Source: an uncultured Oscillospiraceae bacterium (GTDB taxonomy: Bacteria; Bacillota; Clostridia; Oscillospirales; Ruminococcaceae). From it: a stretch of DNA of 64,000 nucleotides. Location: contig CAZKBM010000006.1 of assembly GCA_964550985.1 (NCBI GenBank), forward strand, positions 10,642 through 74,641. The letters run 5' to 3'. Shown here in pieces: positions 26,120 to 34,362 of this stretch. The notes beneath the pieces were generated by a model. It searched no databases. It was not told the DNA's origin and saw only the letters and a program-made list of their open reading frames with translations. The position numbers were made by a program, and so were the translations under genes. How positions within the stretch are numbered: position 1 is the first letter of the stretch; the number at the start of each line of letters is the position of its first letter.

Positions 26120-28795
26120 TTATCGGTTTTGCAGGGCGCTGCGCACGATGTCGGGCACGGCTTCCAGCGCCTCATCCACCTTGGTTTTGTCCTTCAGGCC
26201 CGCCATGGCAAATTCTGGCTTACCACCGCCCGAACCCCCGGCAATGGCGGCTATTTTTTTTATCAAATCGCCCGCTTTCAGCCCGCGGGCCACGGCCTCG
26301 GCCCCACAGCAAACAGCCAGGCTTATTTTTCCATCCTGCTCACCACAAAGGGCCCCCACTGCGGCGGGGCGGTTGTGGCGCGCCATATCGCTCATCTTGC
26401 GTAGCGCGTCGGGTGAGGTGCCGCTCATAAACAGGGTGATAATCTGCACGCCATCCACATCAATGGCATTTTGGAAAAGGTTTTTGGCCTGGAATGCGGC
26501 ATTGCGCTCTTTTTCTTCATCCAGGGCCTTCTCCAGGTTTTTCACCTCGCCCATCACGGCGGCTGCGCGGGCGGGCAGGTCGGCCACATTTCCGGCTTTC
26601 AGGGTTTGGGCGGTTGCAGCCAGCATTTCTTCCCGCTGCTGCAAATGACGCAACACCCCGTAGGCCGTGGTGCTTTCAATCCGGCGCACCCCCGCCGCCA
26701 CCGAGGATTCTGATAAAATTTTAAAGCAGCCCAAAAGCGAGGTGTTGGACACATGAGTGCCGCCGCAGAACTCGGTGCTCCAGCCGCTGGCGTCCACCAC
26801 ACGCACGGTGTCGCCATATTTTTCGCCAAACAGGGCCAGGGCGCCCATTTTTTTGGCCTCCTCAATGGGCAGGGATTTTACGGTTACGGGCAGGGCGTCA
26901 AAGATGATTTTATTCACAAGCCGCTCTGTATCCTGTAACTCCTCACCGCTCATGGCCTGGGTGTGGCTAAAGTCAAAGCGCATCCGTTCATCGTCCACAT
27001 AGCTGCCGGCCTGATGTACATGCTCGCCCAGCACCTCGCGCAGTGCCCGCTGCAAAAGGTGGGCCGAGGTATGGTTGCGCATAATAGCCCTGCGGCGGGG
27101 GGCGTCCACCTCGGCCAGCAGGGTTTCGCCCACGCGCACCACACCCTGTAAAAGGGTACAGGTGTGTACAAAATATCCCCCTTCGGTCTTTTTCACATCC
27201 AGCACAGCCAGCCGCGCCCCGCCGCCGGTGAGGGTGCCGGTATCGGCCACCTGGCCGCCGCTTTCGGCATAGAAAGGGGTTTTATCTAAAATAACCAAAA
27301 CACCCTCCTTGGCCCCTTCGTCGGTGGCAATGGCCTCCAGCAGGGCCTCCCCGTCGGCCAGGGCCAGCACCTTCGCCTCCTGTACCAGGGTGTCATAACC
27401 TACAAATTCGGTTTCCGGGGCCGAAAGTTCGGCAAACAGGCTGGCCTCCCAACCCGAAATATCCCGCGAAAGTCTGTCTTGCCGTGCTTTTTCTCGCTGT
27501 TTTTCCAGTTCCGCTTTAAAGGTGGAAATATCCACCTTTACACCGGCTTCTTCGGCAATTTCCCGCGTTAAATCCAGCGGAAAGCCAAAGGTATCGTGCA
27601 GGCGGAAGGCTTCCAGCCCCGATAAAATGCGCTCGGTTCCCTTGGCGGCCACCCCGGCAAGGTTATCCAAAATGTCGCTTAAGCGGGAGAGGCCTTGGTC
27701 GATGGTGCGAGAAAAGCGCTCTTCCTCAGCGCCGATATTCTTTTTGATATAGGCCTCGTTTTCGCGCAGTTCGGGGTAGGCCCCCTCGTTTTGGGTGATG
27801 ACCGTCTCGGCCAGTTCCACAAGGAAGGGGCCTTTGATACCAATCATCCGGCCATGGCGGGCAGCGCGGCGTAAAAGCCGGCGCAACACATAGCCCCGCC
27901 CCTCGTTCGAGGGCAGCACCCCATCGCCCACCAAAAACACCGTGGAGCGGATGTGGTCGGTAATTACGCGGATGGAGATATCGGTATGACGGTCATCGCC
28001 ATAGGTTTTGCCCGAAAGTTTTTCTGCCTGCTGCAAAATACTGCGGATGGTGTCCACCTCGAACAGGTTATCCACCCCTTGGACGACACAGGCCAGCCGC
28101 TCAAGGCCCATGCCGGTATCGATATTGGGCTTTTGCAGTTTTTCATAATGCCCTGCACCGTCTGAGTCAAACTCTGTAAAAACGAGGTTCCACACCTCCA
28201 TAAAACGGTCACAGTCACAGCCGGGGGCGCAGCCTGGCTTACTACAGCCGTACTGCGGCCCGCGGTCGAAATGAATTTCACTACAGGGGCCGCAGGGGCC
28301 GCTGCCGTGTTCCCAGAAGTTATCCGCTTTGCCAAGGCGCACCATGTGGTCGGGTGCAATCCCTATCTCTTTTGTCCAGATATCATAGGCGTTGTCGTCC
28401 TCTTGGTACACCGTAATATACAGTTTTTCCTTTGGCAGGCCCATCCATTCTTCGCTGGTAAAAAACTCCCAAGCCCAGGCGATGGCCTCAGTTTTAAAAT
28501 AGTTTTGAAAGCTGAAGTTGCCCAGCATCTCAAAATAGGTGCCGTGGCGGCTGGTGATGCCAACGCTCTCAATATCGGGTGTGCGTATGCACTTTTGGCA
28601 ACTTGTTACCCGATGGCTGGGCGGTTCCTCGGTGCCCAAAAACCAGCTTTTCATCGGGGCCATGCCGCTGTTAATCAGCAAAAGGCTTTTATCGCCGTTT
28701 GGAACCAGCGGAAAACTTTTGATACGCAGATGTTGTTTGGATTCAAAAAACGAGAGAAAACTCTCGCGAAGTTCGTTCAGGCCTCTCCACTGCAT
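26120..28795 (-). CDS. alaS: Alanine--tRNA ligase
   Basis: Class II core, editing domain (HTSAHLL...) and C-Ala domain with GGGGKPEFA. ATG at 28795 lies 9 nt after a GGAGA RBS. Confidence 0.97.
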   Translation of the reverse strand: MQWRGLNELRESFLSFFESKQHLRIKSFPLVPNGDKSLLLINSGMAPMKSWFLGTEEPPSHRVTSCQKCIRTPDIESVGITSRHGTYFEMLGNFSFQNYFKTEAIAWAWEFFTSEEWMGLPKEKLYITVYQEDDNAYDIWTKEIGIAPDHMVRLGKADNFWEHGSGPCGPCSEIHFDRGPQYGCSKPGCAPGCDCDRFMEVWNLVFTEFDSDGAGHYEKLQKPNIDTGMGLERLACVVQGVDNLFEVDTIRSILQQAEKLSGKTYGDDRHTDISIRVITDHIRSTVFLVGDGVLPSNEGRGYVLRRLLRRAARHGRMIGIKGPFLVELAETVITQNEGAYPELRENEAYIKKNIGAEEERFSRTIDQGLSRLSDILDNLAGVAAKGTERILSGLEAFRLHDTFGFPLDLTREIAEEAGVKVDISTFKAELEKQREKARQDRLSRDISGWEASLFAELSAPETEFVGYDTLVQEAKVLALADGEALLEAIATDEGAKEGVLVILDKTPFYAESGGQVADTGTLTGGGARLAVLDVKKTEGGYFVHTCTLLQGVVRVGETLLAEVDAPRRRAIMRNHTSAHLLQRALREVLGEHVHQAGSYVDDERMRFDFSHTQAMSGEELQDTERLVNKIIFDALPVTVKSLPIEEAKKMGALALFGEKYGDTVRVVDASGWSTEFCGGTHVSNTSLLGCFKILSESSVAAGVRRIESTTAYGVLRHLQQREEMLAATAQTLKAGNVADLPARAAAVMGEVKNLEKALDEEKERNAAFQAKNLFQNAIDVDGVQIITLFMSGTSPDALRKMSDMARHNRPAAVGALCGEQDGKISLAVCCGAEAVARGLKAGDLIKKIAAIAGGSGGGKPEFAMAGLKDKTKVDEALEAVPDIVRSALQNR

Positions 28796-28843
28796 GGGCG
28801 CCATTCTCCTTTTATATCGCAAGGTATACGCAAAAAACCTCTT

Positions 28844-28873
28844 TTATCATAGTCTGCCGGCGGGGGCTAAGTC
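28844..28873 (-). promoter_or_regulatory. Candidate sigma-A promoter for alaS
   Basis: Minus strand reads TTGACT-18 nt-TATGAT, ~45 nt upstream of the alaS start. I saw no T-box motif. Confidence 0.4.
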
Positions 28874-29018
28874 AAGCGCATTCACAGGGAAGAAACTTTG
28901 CAAAGGTGTATCCTGCCGTTTTTTACCGGCAATTTCAACCAAAATAGCACATCCATACAGGCTTAACCAGTGGCATATGCAAAGCCCCCTGTGCGCGTGG
29001 CGGGTAGAGATGTGGGCA

Positions 29019-30176
29019 TTAGAGCAGCTGCGCCGCTTCTATCCCTTTGGCAAGGCTGTAAAACCGCATCAGGTCCTGGGCGGTTTGGCGCAGGTCCTCT
29101 TCGGCCCGGCCCTGCAAGGCTTCAAAGGGCAAACCGGCGCGGTTTGTGCAAAACACAGCGTTTACCCCCTGTGCGTAAATCTCCCCTGCGCCATCGCCCA
29201 GCACGCCTGCCAGGGCCACCACAGGTACATTTTGTTTTTGGGCCGCACGGGCCACCCCCAGCACTGCCTTCCCGCGCAGGCTCTGCCCGTCCAGCTTCCC
29301 CTCGCCGGTAATCACCAAATCGGCATCTTTCAGCAGCCGCGTAAAGTTCACGGCTTCCAGCATCGCATCAATGCCCATGCGCAGTTCGGCATTCAAAAAG
29401 GCCAGCAAACCGCCGGCCATTCCCCCTGCGGCCCCGGCGCCGGGCACCTCTAAAATTTTTCGTCCAAGGTCTCGTTCTATTACTGCCGCCAGATGACACA
29501 GCCCTTCGTCCAGCAGCTTTACGGTTTCGGCATCGGCTCCTTTTTGGGGGCCAAACACGGCGGCCGCCCCCTCGGGGCCGCACAAGGGGTTATCAATATC
29601 GCACATGCCCGTAATGATGGCACTTTTCACCTCGGGTACAAGGCCGGCTGTATCGATGTGGGCTATCTCGTGTAGGGTGCCGCCCACCGGCACAAAGGCC
29701 TTGCCGCCCTGGCGCAAAAAACGCACCCCGCAGGCCGCGGCGGCCCCGCAGCCGCCATCGTTTGTAGCGCTGCCCCCAAGGCCGAGTATCACCCTTTTGG
29801 CACCGCTTTTACAGGCGGCCAAAAGCAGTTGCCCCGCGCCATAGGTGGTGGTTTTGCCCGGATGTTTGTTCTGGCCCGCCAGCGGCAGGCCCGCGGCGGC
29901 GGCCATTTCCACCACGGCGGTTTCGCCCCCGCACAGCAGGCCATAAAAGCCCTCCACCGGCTGGCCATAGGGGCCTTGCACCCTTTCCAAACATTTTTTG
30001 CCCCCGGCGGCTGCCAAAAAACAATCCACCGTTCCCTCGCCGCCGTCTGCCACCGGCACCGATACAATTTGTGCATTTGGGTGATAGGCGCGTACCACCT
30101 CGGCCAAAATTTCACACACCTTGGCCGAGGACATAGTGCCCTTGAATGAATCTGGCATGAGAATGATTTTTTTCAG
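29019..30176 (-). CDS. glxK: Glycerate kinase
   Basis: The (L/M)KKIILMPDSFKGTMS N-terminus matches the glycerate kinase MKIVIAPDSFK consensus. Also has GGGSATNDGG-like and ITGEGKLDGQS motifs. The best-supported start is CTG at 30176, 8 nt after GGAGGG. The track start TTG 30206 overlaps the upstream gene and lacks an RBS. Confidence 0.85.
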   Translation of the reverse strand: MKKIILMPDSFKGTMSSAKVCEILAEVVRAYHPNAQIVSVPVADGGEGTVDCFLAAAGGKKCLERVQGPYGQPVEGFYGLLCGGETAVVEMAAAAGLPLAGQNKHPGKTTTYGAGQLLLAACKSGAKRVILGLGGSATNDGGCGAAAACGVRFLRQGGKAFVPVGGTLHEIAHIDTAGLVPEVKSAIITGMCDIDNPLCGPEGAAAVFGPQKGADAETVKLLDEGLCHLAAVIERDLGRKILEVPGAGAAGGMAGGLLAFLNAELRMGIDAMLEAVNFTRLLKDADLVITGEGKLDGQSLRGKAVLGVARAAQKQNVPVVALAGVLGDGAGEIYAQGVNAVFCTNRAGLPFEALQGRAEEDLRQTAQDLMRFYSLAKGIEAAQLL

Positions 30177-30195
30177 TGCTCTCGCCCTCCACCGC

Positions 30196-31077
30196 TTACA
30201 CGTCAATACCCAAAAATTGCTTTACCAAAAGGCCAATGATAAAGGATATCACGGCCACCCCCAAGCTAATGGCCGCCATCTCCCCAAAACGGCGGCCAAA
30301 ATTTTCGCTTTTTGCCACCGCAATATAATAGTTGAAAAACAGGATGATGAGCACCACCACACCCAGCATGGTGGCCAGCGCAGCCGCATACAGATGGTTT
30401 GGGAAGATGAGGTAAGGCAGTACCAGGCACACCACCGTTATCAGGTACGCAACCCCTGTGTATACGCTGGATTTCAGGGCGTCGGGGTTACCCTCGGCCC
30501 GTTTGGCCAAAAAGTTGGAGGCCGCCATGGAAAGGGTGGCCGAAACCCCCGTTATGATGCCGGACAGCGCAATAAGCCGCGTATTGGCAAGTGCAAAGGT
30601 GAGCCCCGCTATGGTGCCCGTCAGTTCCACCAAAGCGTCGTTCAGCCCCAGTACCATATCCCCCACATGCTTTAGGCGCTCTTCGTCCAGCATGGCGTCC
30701 AGCTTGTCCTCATGGGCCTGTTCCTGCTCAATAATGCGCTCCACTTCGGGCAGTTCCTCTACCAGTTTTTTGTAAGCGCCGGTGGTTTTGTACTCCCCTT
30801 TTTCCATCAATTTGATAACAAAGGTGTAGCCCATTAGCAGGGCCAACAGGCTGTACCAAAAAATGTGCAGGTGGTTTGGGTGGACAGTTTTACCTGTATA
30901 GCGCTGAAAAATACGCGCGTGTTCCTTTTCTTCATCGGCAATTCTTTGCAAAATCGCCTTGTTTTCAGCGTCTTTTTCGCGCTTTGCCATTTTTGTATAG
31001 ATAATATGGTCTGTACTTTCGGTGCGCTGGTAGCACAGTAGCAGCGCACGGGTTCCCTCACTCACGGTCCGTTCCAT
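30196..31077 (-). CDS. VIT1/CCC1-family iron/manganese transporter with N-terminal ferritin-like (erythrin) domain
   Basis: N-terminal ...IADEEKEHARIF... helical bundle plus five C-terminal TM helices typical of the VIT1/DUF125 family. Confidence 0.8.
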   Translation of the reverse strand: MERTVSEGTRALLLCYQRTESTDHIIYTKMAKREKDAENKAILQRIADEEKEHARIFQRYTGKTVHPNHLHIFWYSLLALLMGYTFVIKLMEKGEYKTTGAYKKLVEELPEVERIIEQEQAHEDKLDAMLDEERLKHVGDMVLGLNDALVELTGTIAGLTFALANTRLIALSGIITGVSATLSMAASNFLAKRAEGNPDALKSSVYTGVAYLITVVCLVLPYLIFPNHLYAAALATMLGVVVLIILFFNYYIAVAKSENFGRRFGEMAAISLGVAVISFIIGLLVKQFLGIDV

Positions 31078-31192
31078 CTCGGTAGTACTCCTTCCCAGTT
31101 TTCGCGTGTTTTTCTGTAATTTTCCTCTGGTTTATATTATACTATAAAGGCTACAACTGCAACACGCCATTTTGTAAAAGGGGGAAAAGAAC

Positions 31193-31777
31193 ATGGCAGA
31201 ACACAGCTTTACCGAGGGGGTACGCCCTGGCGGGCTTACAACCGGCAAGGAAATTCGCATTCTTTTGTGCTATTTAATAGATAATGCCGGCGGCCAGGTA
31301 CTGCGGGAAAGCCTGGAAGAGGTGCTGATAGGTGAAGAGCTAGCCAACTATTTTGTAATGGCCGAAAGCCTGGCCCAGCTGGAGGAGCAAAACCTGATTT
31401 GCGAAGCGGAGGGCGCTTTTACCCTTACCGAAACCGGGCGCACCGTGGCCCGCACCCTGGCGGGCGACCTGCCACGCACCGTGCGGGACGCCGCCGTGCG
31501 CGGGGTGATACGCGCCCAGCAGTACACCGCCAAAAAAGCCGCCCACGGCTGCGAGGTAACCCAGCAGGCCGATGGACGGCGTGTGCGCTGCCAAATTGGC
31601 GATGAGGCCGGGCTGCTGTTTTTGATGGAACTGTATATGCCCGATAAACTGACGGCCGAAGCGGTGCGCGAAGAGTTTATTGAACATGGCGATAAAATAT
31701 ATGAGCTGATGCTGGCCGCACTGACGGGCAACCGCGACATGGCTGAAAAGGCCTTGGATGAGATGGAGAAGGCCTAG
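31193..31777 (+). CDS. Hypothetical protein (possibly DUF4364-like winged-helix)
   Basis: 194 aa with good coding character and a GGGGGA RBS. The family assignment is from memory only. Confidence 0.55.
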   Translation: MAEHSFTEGVRPGGLTTGKEIRILLCYLIDNAGGQVLRESLEEVLIGEELANYFVMAESLAQLEEQNLICEAEGAFTLTETGRTVARTLAGDLPRTVRDAAVRGVIRAQQYTAKKAAHGCEVTQQADGRRVRCQIGDEAGLLFLMELYMPDKLTAEAVREEFIEHGDKIYELMLAALTGNRDMAEKALDEMEKA

Positions 31778-31850
31778 CCTATCCATCGGCCTCTTATCCC
31801 ATCTTTTTGAAAACTACAGTTTGCTCATTTGCTGTAAAAACAACAACCCA

Positions 31851-32465
31851 CTAATCGGCCGCAGGGCCCTCAGTGGCATTGCCCCCGCCCTCGGCTATGC
31901 CATTGCCGCCCAGCACGGCGGCAATGCTTTTAAAAAATATCTTCACATCCAGCCCAAAACTGATGTGCTGGGCATAGTAACCATCCAGTTTGGCTTTTAC
32001 CTCTATGGGCAGCTCGTCTCGGCCATTGATTTGGGCATAGCCCGTAAGCCCCGGCACAAGGGCATTTGCACCGTATTTATCGCGCTCGGCAATCAAATCA
32101 TCTTGGTTCCAAAGCGCCGGGCGGGGGCCTATAGCGCTCATCTGCCCTGCCAAGATATTAAAAATTTGCGGTAGTTCATCCAGGCTGGTTTTACGCAAAA
32201 AACGCCCCATTTTGGTAATGCGGCTTTCGGGGTTTTGCAAAAGGTGGGTGGGCACGTCTTTTGGGGTATCGGCATACATGGTGCGGAACTTTAAAATGGT
32301 GAACAGTTTTTTGTTTTTGCCCACCCGCCGCTGTTTAAAAAACACCGGGCCGGGGGAATCGATTTTAATCAGCAGGGCCAGCAGCAAAAAGACAATGGCC
32401 AGCACCGCCGTGCCCACAAAAGCCAAAATAAAATCGGCAATTCGTTTTATATATTTGGGATACAC
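31851..32465 (-). CDS. Small monotopic phosphoglycosyl transferase (PglC/WbaP C-terminal-like undecaprenyl-phosphate sugar-phosphate transferase)
   Basis: Re-entrant helix plus KIDSPGPVFFKQRRVGKNKK.F...KFRTM and DELPQIFNILAGQMSAIGPRP. GTG start follows an AAGGGGGAG RBS. Confidence 0.88.
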   Translation of the reverse strand: MYPKYIKRIADFILAFVGTAVLAIVFLLLALLIKIDSPGPVFFKQRRVGKNKKLFTILKFRTMYADTPKDVPTHLLQNPESRITKMGRFLRKTSLDELPQIFNILAGQMSAIGPRPALWNQDDLIAERDKYGANALVPGLTGYAQINGRDELPIEVKAKLDGYYAQHISFGLDVKIFFKSIAAVLGGNGIAEGGGNATEGPAAD

Positions 32466-32468
32466 CGG

Positions 32469-34337
32469 CTACTCCCCCTTCACAAATGGGTTATGGTAGA
32501 AGGTGGGCACCATATCCAGCAGCGCCTGAATCAGGTCATCGCCGTTGTTTGCGTAGGCAACCTCTTTCAAATTCTTCAAGTGGTCAAAAAAAGTATCTTG
32601 ATTCAGGCGCAGAGGCGCGCCGATAAAGATTTTGTTGTTGTCTGTTTTTTCCACGCCCTCTTCGTCCATCAGCAGTTCCTCATACAGTTTTTCACCGGGG
32701 CGCAGGCCGGTAAACTTAATTTTTATCTCGGTATAAGGCACAAAACCCGCCAACTTGATCAGATTTTCCGCCAGTTCTAAAATGCGCACGGGCTCGCCCA
32801 TATCCAACACAAAAATCTCGCCGCCCTTGCCCATGGCGCCCGCCTCTAGCACCAGGCCCACCGCTTCGGGAATGGTCATAAAAAAGCGGACAATGTCGGG
32901 GTGGGTAACCGTAAGGGGGCCGCCCGCGGCAATTTGTTCCTTAAACAGCGGCAGCACCGAGCCGTTAGAGCCCAGCACATTGCCAAAGCGAACGGCCACA
33001 AAAACGGTTTTGCTGCGCTGGGCCATACACTGCACAATCATCTCACAAAGGCGCTTTGTAGCTCCCATCACGTTGGTGGGGTTCACGGCCTTATCGGTGG
33101 AGATGAGCACAAAGCGTTCCGCGCCGTATTTGTCGGCGCTTAAGGCCGCGTTGTAGGTGCCAAACACATTGTTTTTTACGGCCTCCTCGGGGCTATCTTC
33201 CATCAGCGGTACATGTTTGTGGGCCGCCGCATGGAATACTACCTGCGGGCGGAAACGCGCAAAAATCGCGTCCATCTTCCTGGAATCGCGCACCGAGCAG
33301 ATCATCACCTCCAGGCGCAGATCTTCTTTATACTCGCGCAAAAGCTCCTGCTGGATGGCATAGGCGTTGTTCTCGTAAATATCCAGTATAATGAGCAGTT
33401 TGGGGCCATAGCCCGCAATTTGGCGGCAGAGTTCCGAGCCGATGGACCCCCCGCCGCCTGTGATCATAACCACCTTGCCGCGCACAAAACTGCTGGTTTG
33501 CTGGGAAAGGCTTATGGTGCTGCGGCCCAAAAGGTCCTCCACCTTCACGGCCCGTATGCGGCTGCTCAGGTCGCCGCCTTCGGCCATGAGCTGGCGTATA
33601 TCGGGCAGCATACGCAGGTTGCAGCTGGTTTTGTTGCACAGGGTCAAAATCCGCTGGCGGCCCTCGTCATCCAGCGCGGTTATGGCTATAACAATGGTGT
33701 CAATTTCGCAGCGCTCGCACAGTTCTTCAATATCCTCGGTGGTGCCCATAATTTGCACCCCAAGGATATAGCGCCCCACCTTCTTTTTTTCGTCATCCAC
33801 AGCGCAGATGATGTTCATCTCGCTGGCGGGGTCCTTATTCTGCTCGTGTATCAGCGTGGCGGCGGCCTCGCCCGCACCCACCACCAGCACCCGCCGCCTT
33901 TTTTGGCCGGTACGCTGGAATTTTGTGTTGCGGTACATGCGGTAGGTTAGGCGGGAATACAGCGTGACTGAAACGGCGAAGATGGCGCTTAAAAAATAGA
34001 CGGAAAAAGGCACCCGGCGCTCATAGAAGATGAGCCAGGAGCCCAGGATAAAGATGCCAACCGCAATGAGGGACGCCATAACCAGGCGGAAAAACTCCAC
34101 CACTTCGGCATAGCGCCACAGGCTATCATACATCCCCATCAGGCCGTACACAATCTCATAACAACAGACAAAGAAAAAGCAGCTTCCCACCATCAGTGGG
34201 AAATACATGTCTATCTCCACACGGCCCTGAATGAGCACCCAGGGTAGTATGTAGCAGACGATTTCTACCAGTACATCAAAAACAATCAGAACCACCTTGC
34301 GGTGGTCGCTGATGGTTTTGGCAATGGCTGTTTGCAT
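32469..34337 (-). CDS. Membrane-bound nucleotide-sugar 4,6-dehydratase (CapD/PglF/WbpM family)
   Basis: Four N-terminal TM helices. Two Rossmann motifs (VLVVGAGEAA; VMITGGGGSIGSEL) and an SDR catalytic region (STDKAVNPTNVMGATKR). Confidence 0.88.
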   Translation of the reverse strand: MQTAIAKTISDHRKVVLIVFDVLVEIVCYILPWVLIQGRVEIDMYFPLMVGSCFFFVCCYEIVYGLMGMYDSLWRYAEVVEFFRLVMASLIAVGIFILGSWLIFYERRVPFSVYFLSAIFAVSVTLYSRLTYRMYRNTKFQRTGQKRRRVLVVGAGEAAATLIHEQNKDPASEMNIICAVDDEKKKVGRYILGVQIMGTTEDIEELCERCEIDTIVIAITALDDEGRQRILTLCNKTSCNLRMLPDIRQLMAEGGDLSSRIRAVKVEDLLGRSTISLSQQTSSFVRGKVVMITGGGGSIGSELCRQIAGYGPKLLIILDIYENNAYAIQQELLREYKEDLRLEVMICSVRDSRKMDAIFARFRPQVVFHAAAHKHVPLMEDSPEEAVKNNVFGTYNAALSADKYGAERFVLISTDKAVNPTNVMGATKRLCEMIVQCMAQRSKTVFVAVRFGNVLGSNGSVLPLFKEQIAAGGPLTVTHPDIVRFFMTIPEAVGLVLEAGAMGKGGEIFVLDMGEPVRILELAENLIKLAGFVPYTEIKIKFTGLRPGEKLYEELLMDEEGVEKTDNNKIFIGAPLRLNQDTFFDHLKNLKEVAYANNGDDLIQALLDMVPTFYHNPFVKGE

Positions 34338-34362
34338 AGTGTTCTCCACGTAAAGCACAGGG

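Noticed and set aside
28823-29018. Possible T-box or other leader upstream of alaS
   Set aside because: The region is under 200 nt. I could not find the conserved T-box sequence (AGGGTGGTACCGCG-like) or a specifier/antiterminator arrangement. Only a plausible promoter is visible.
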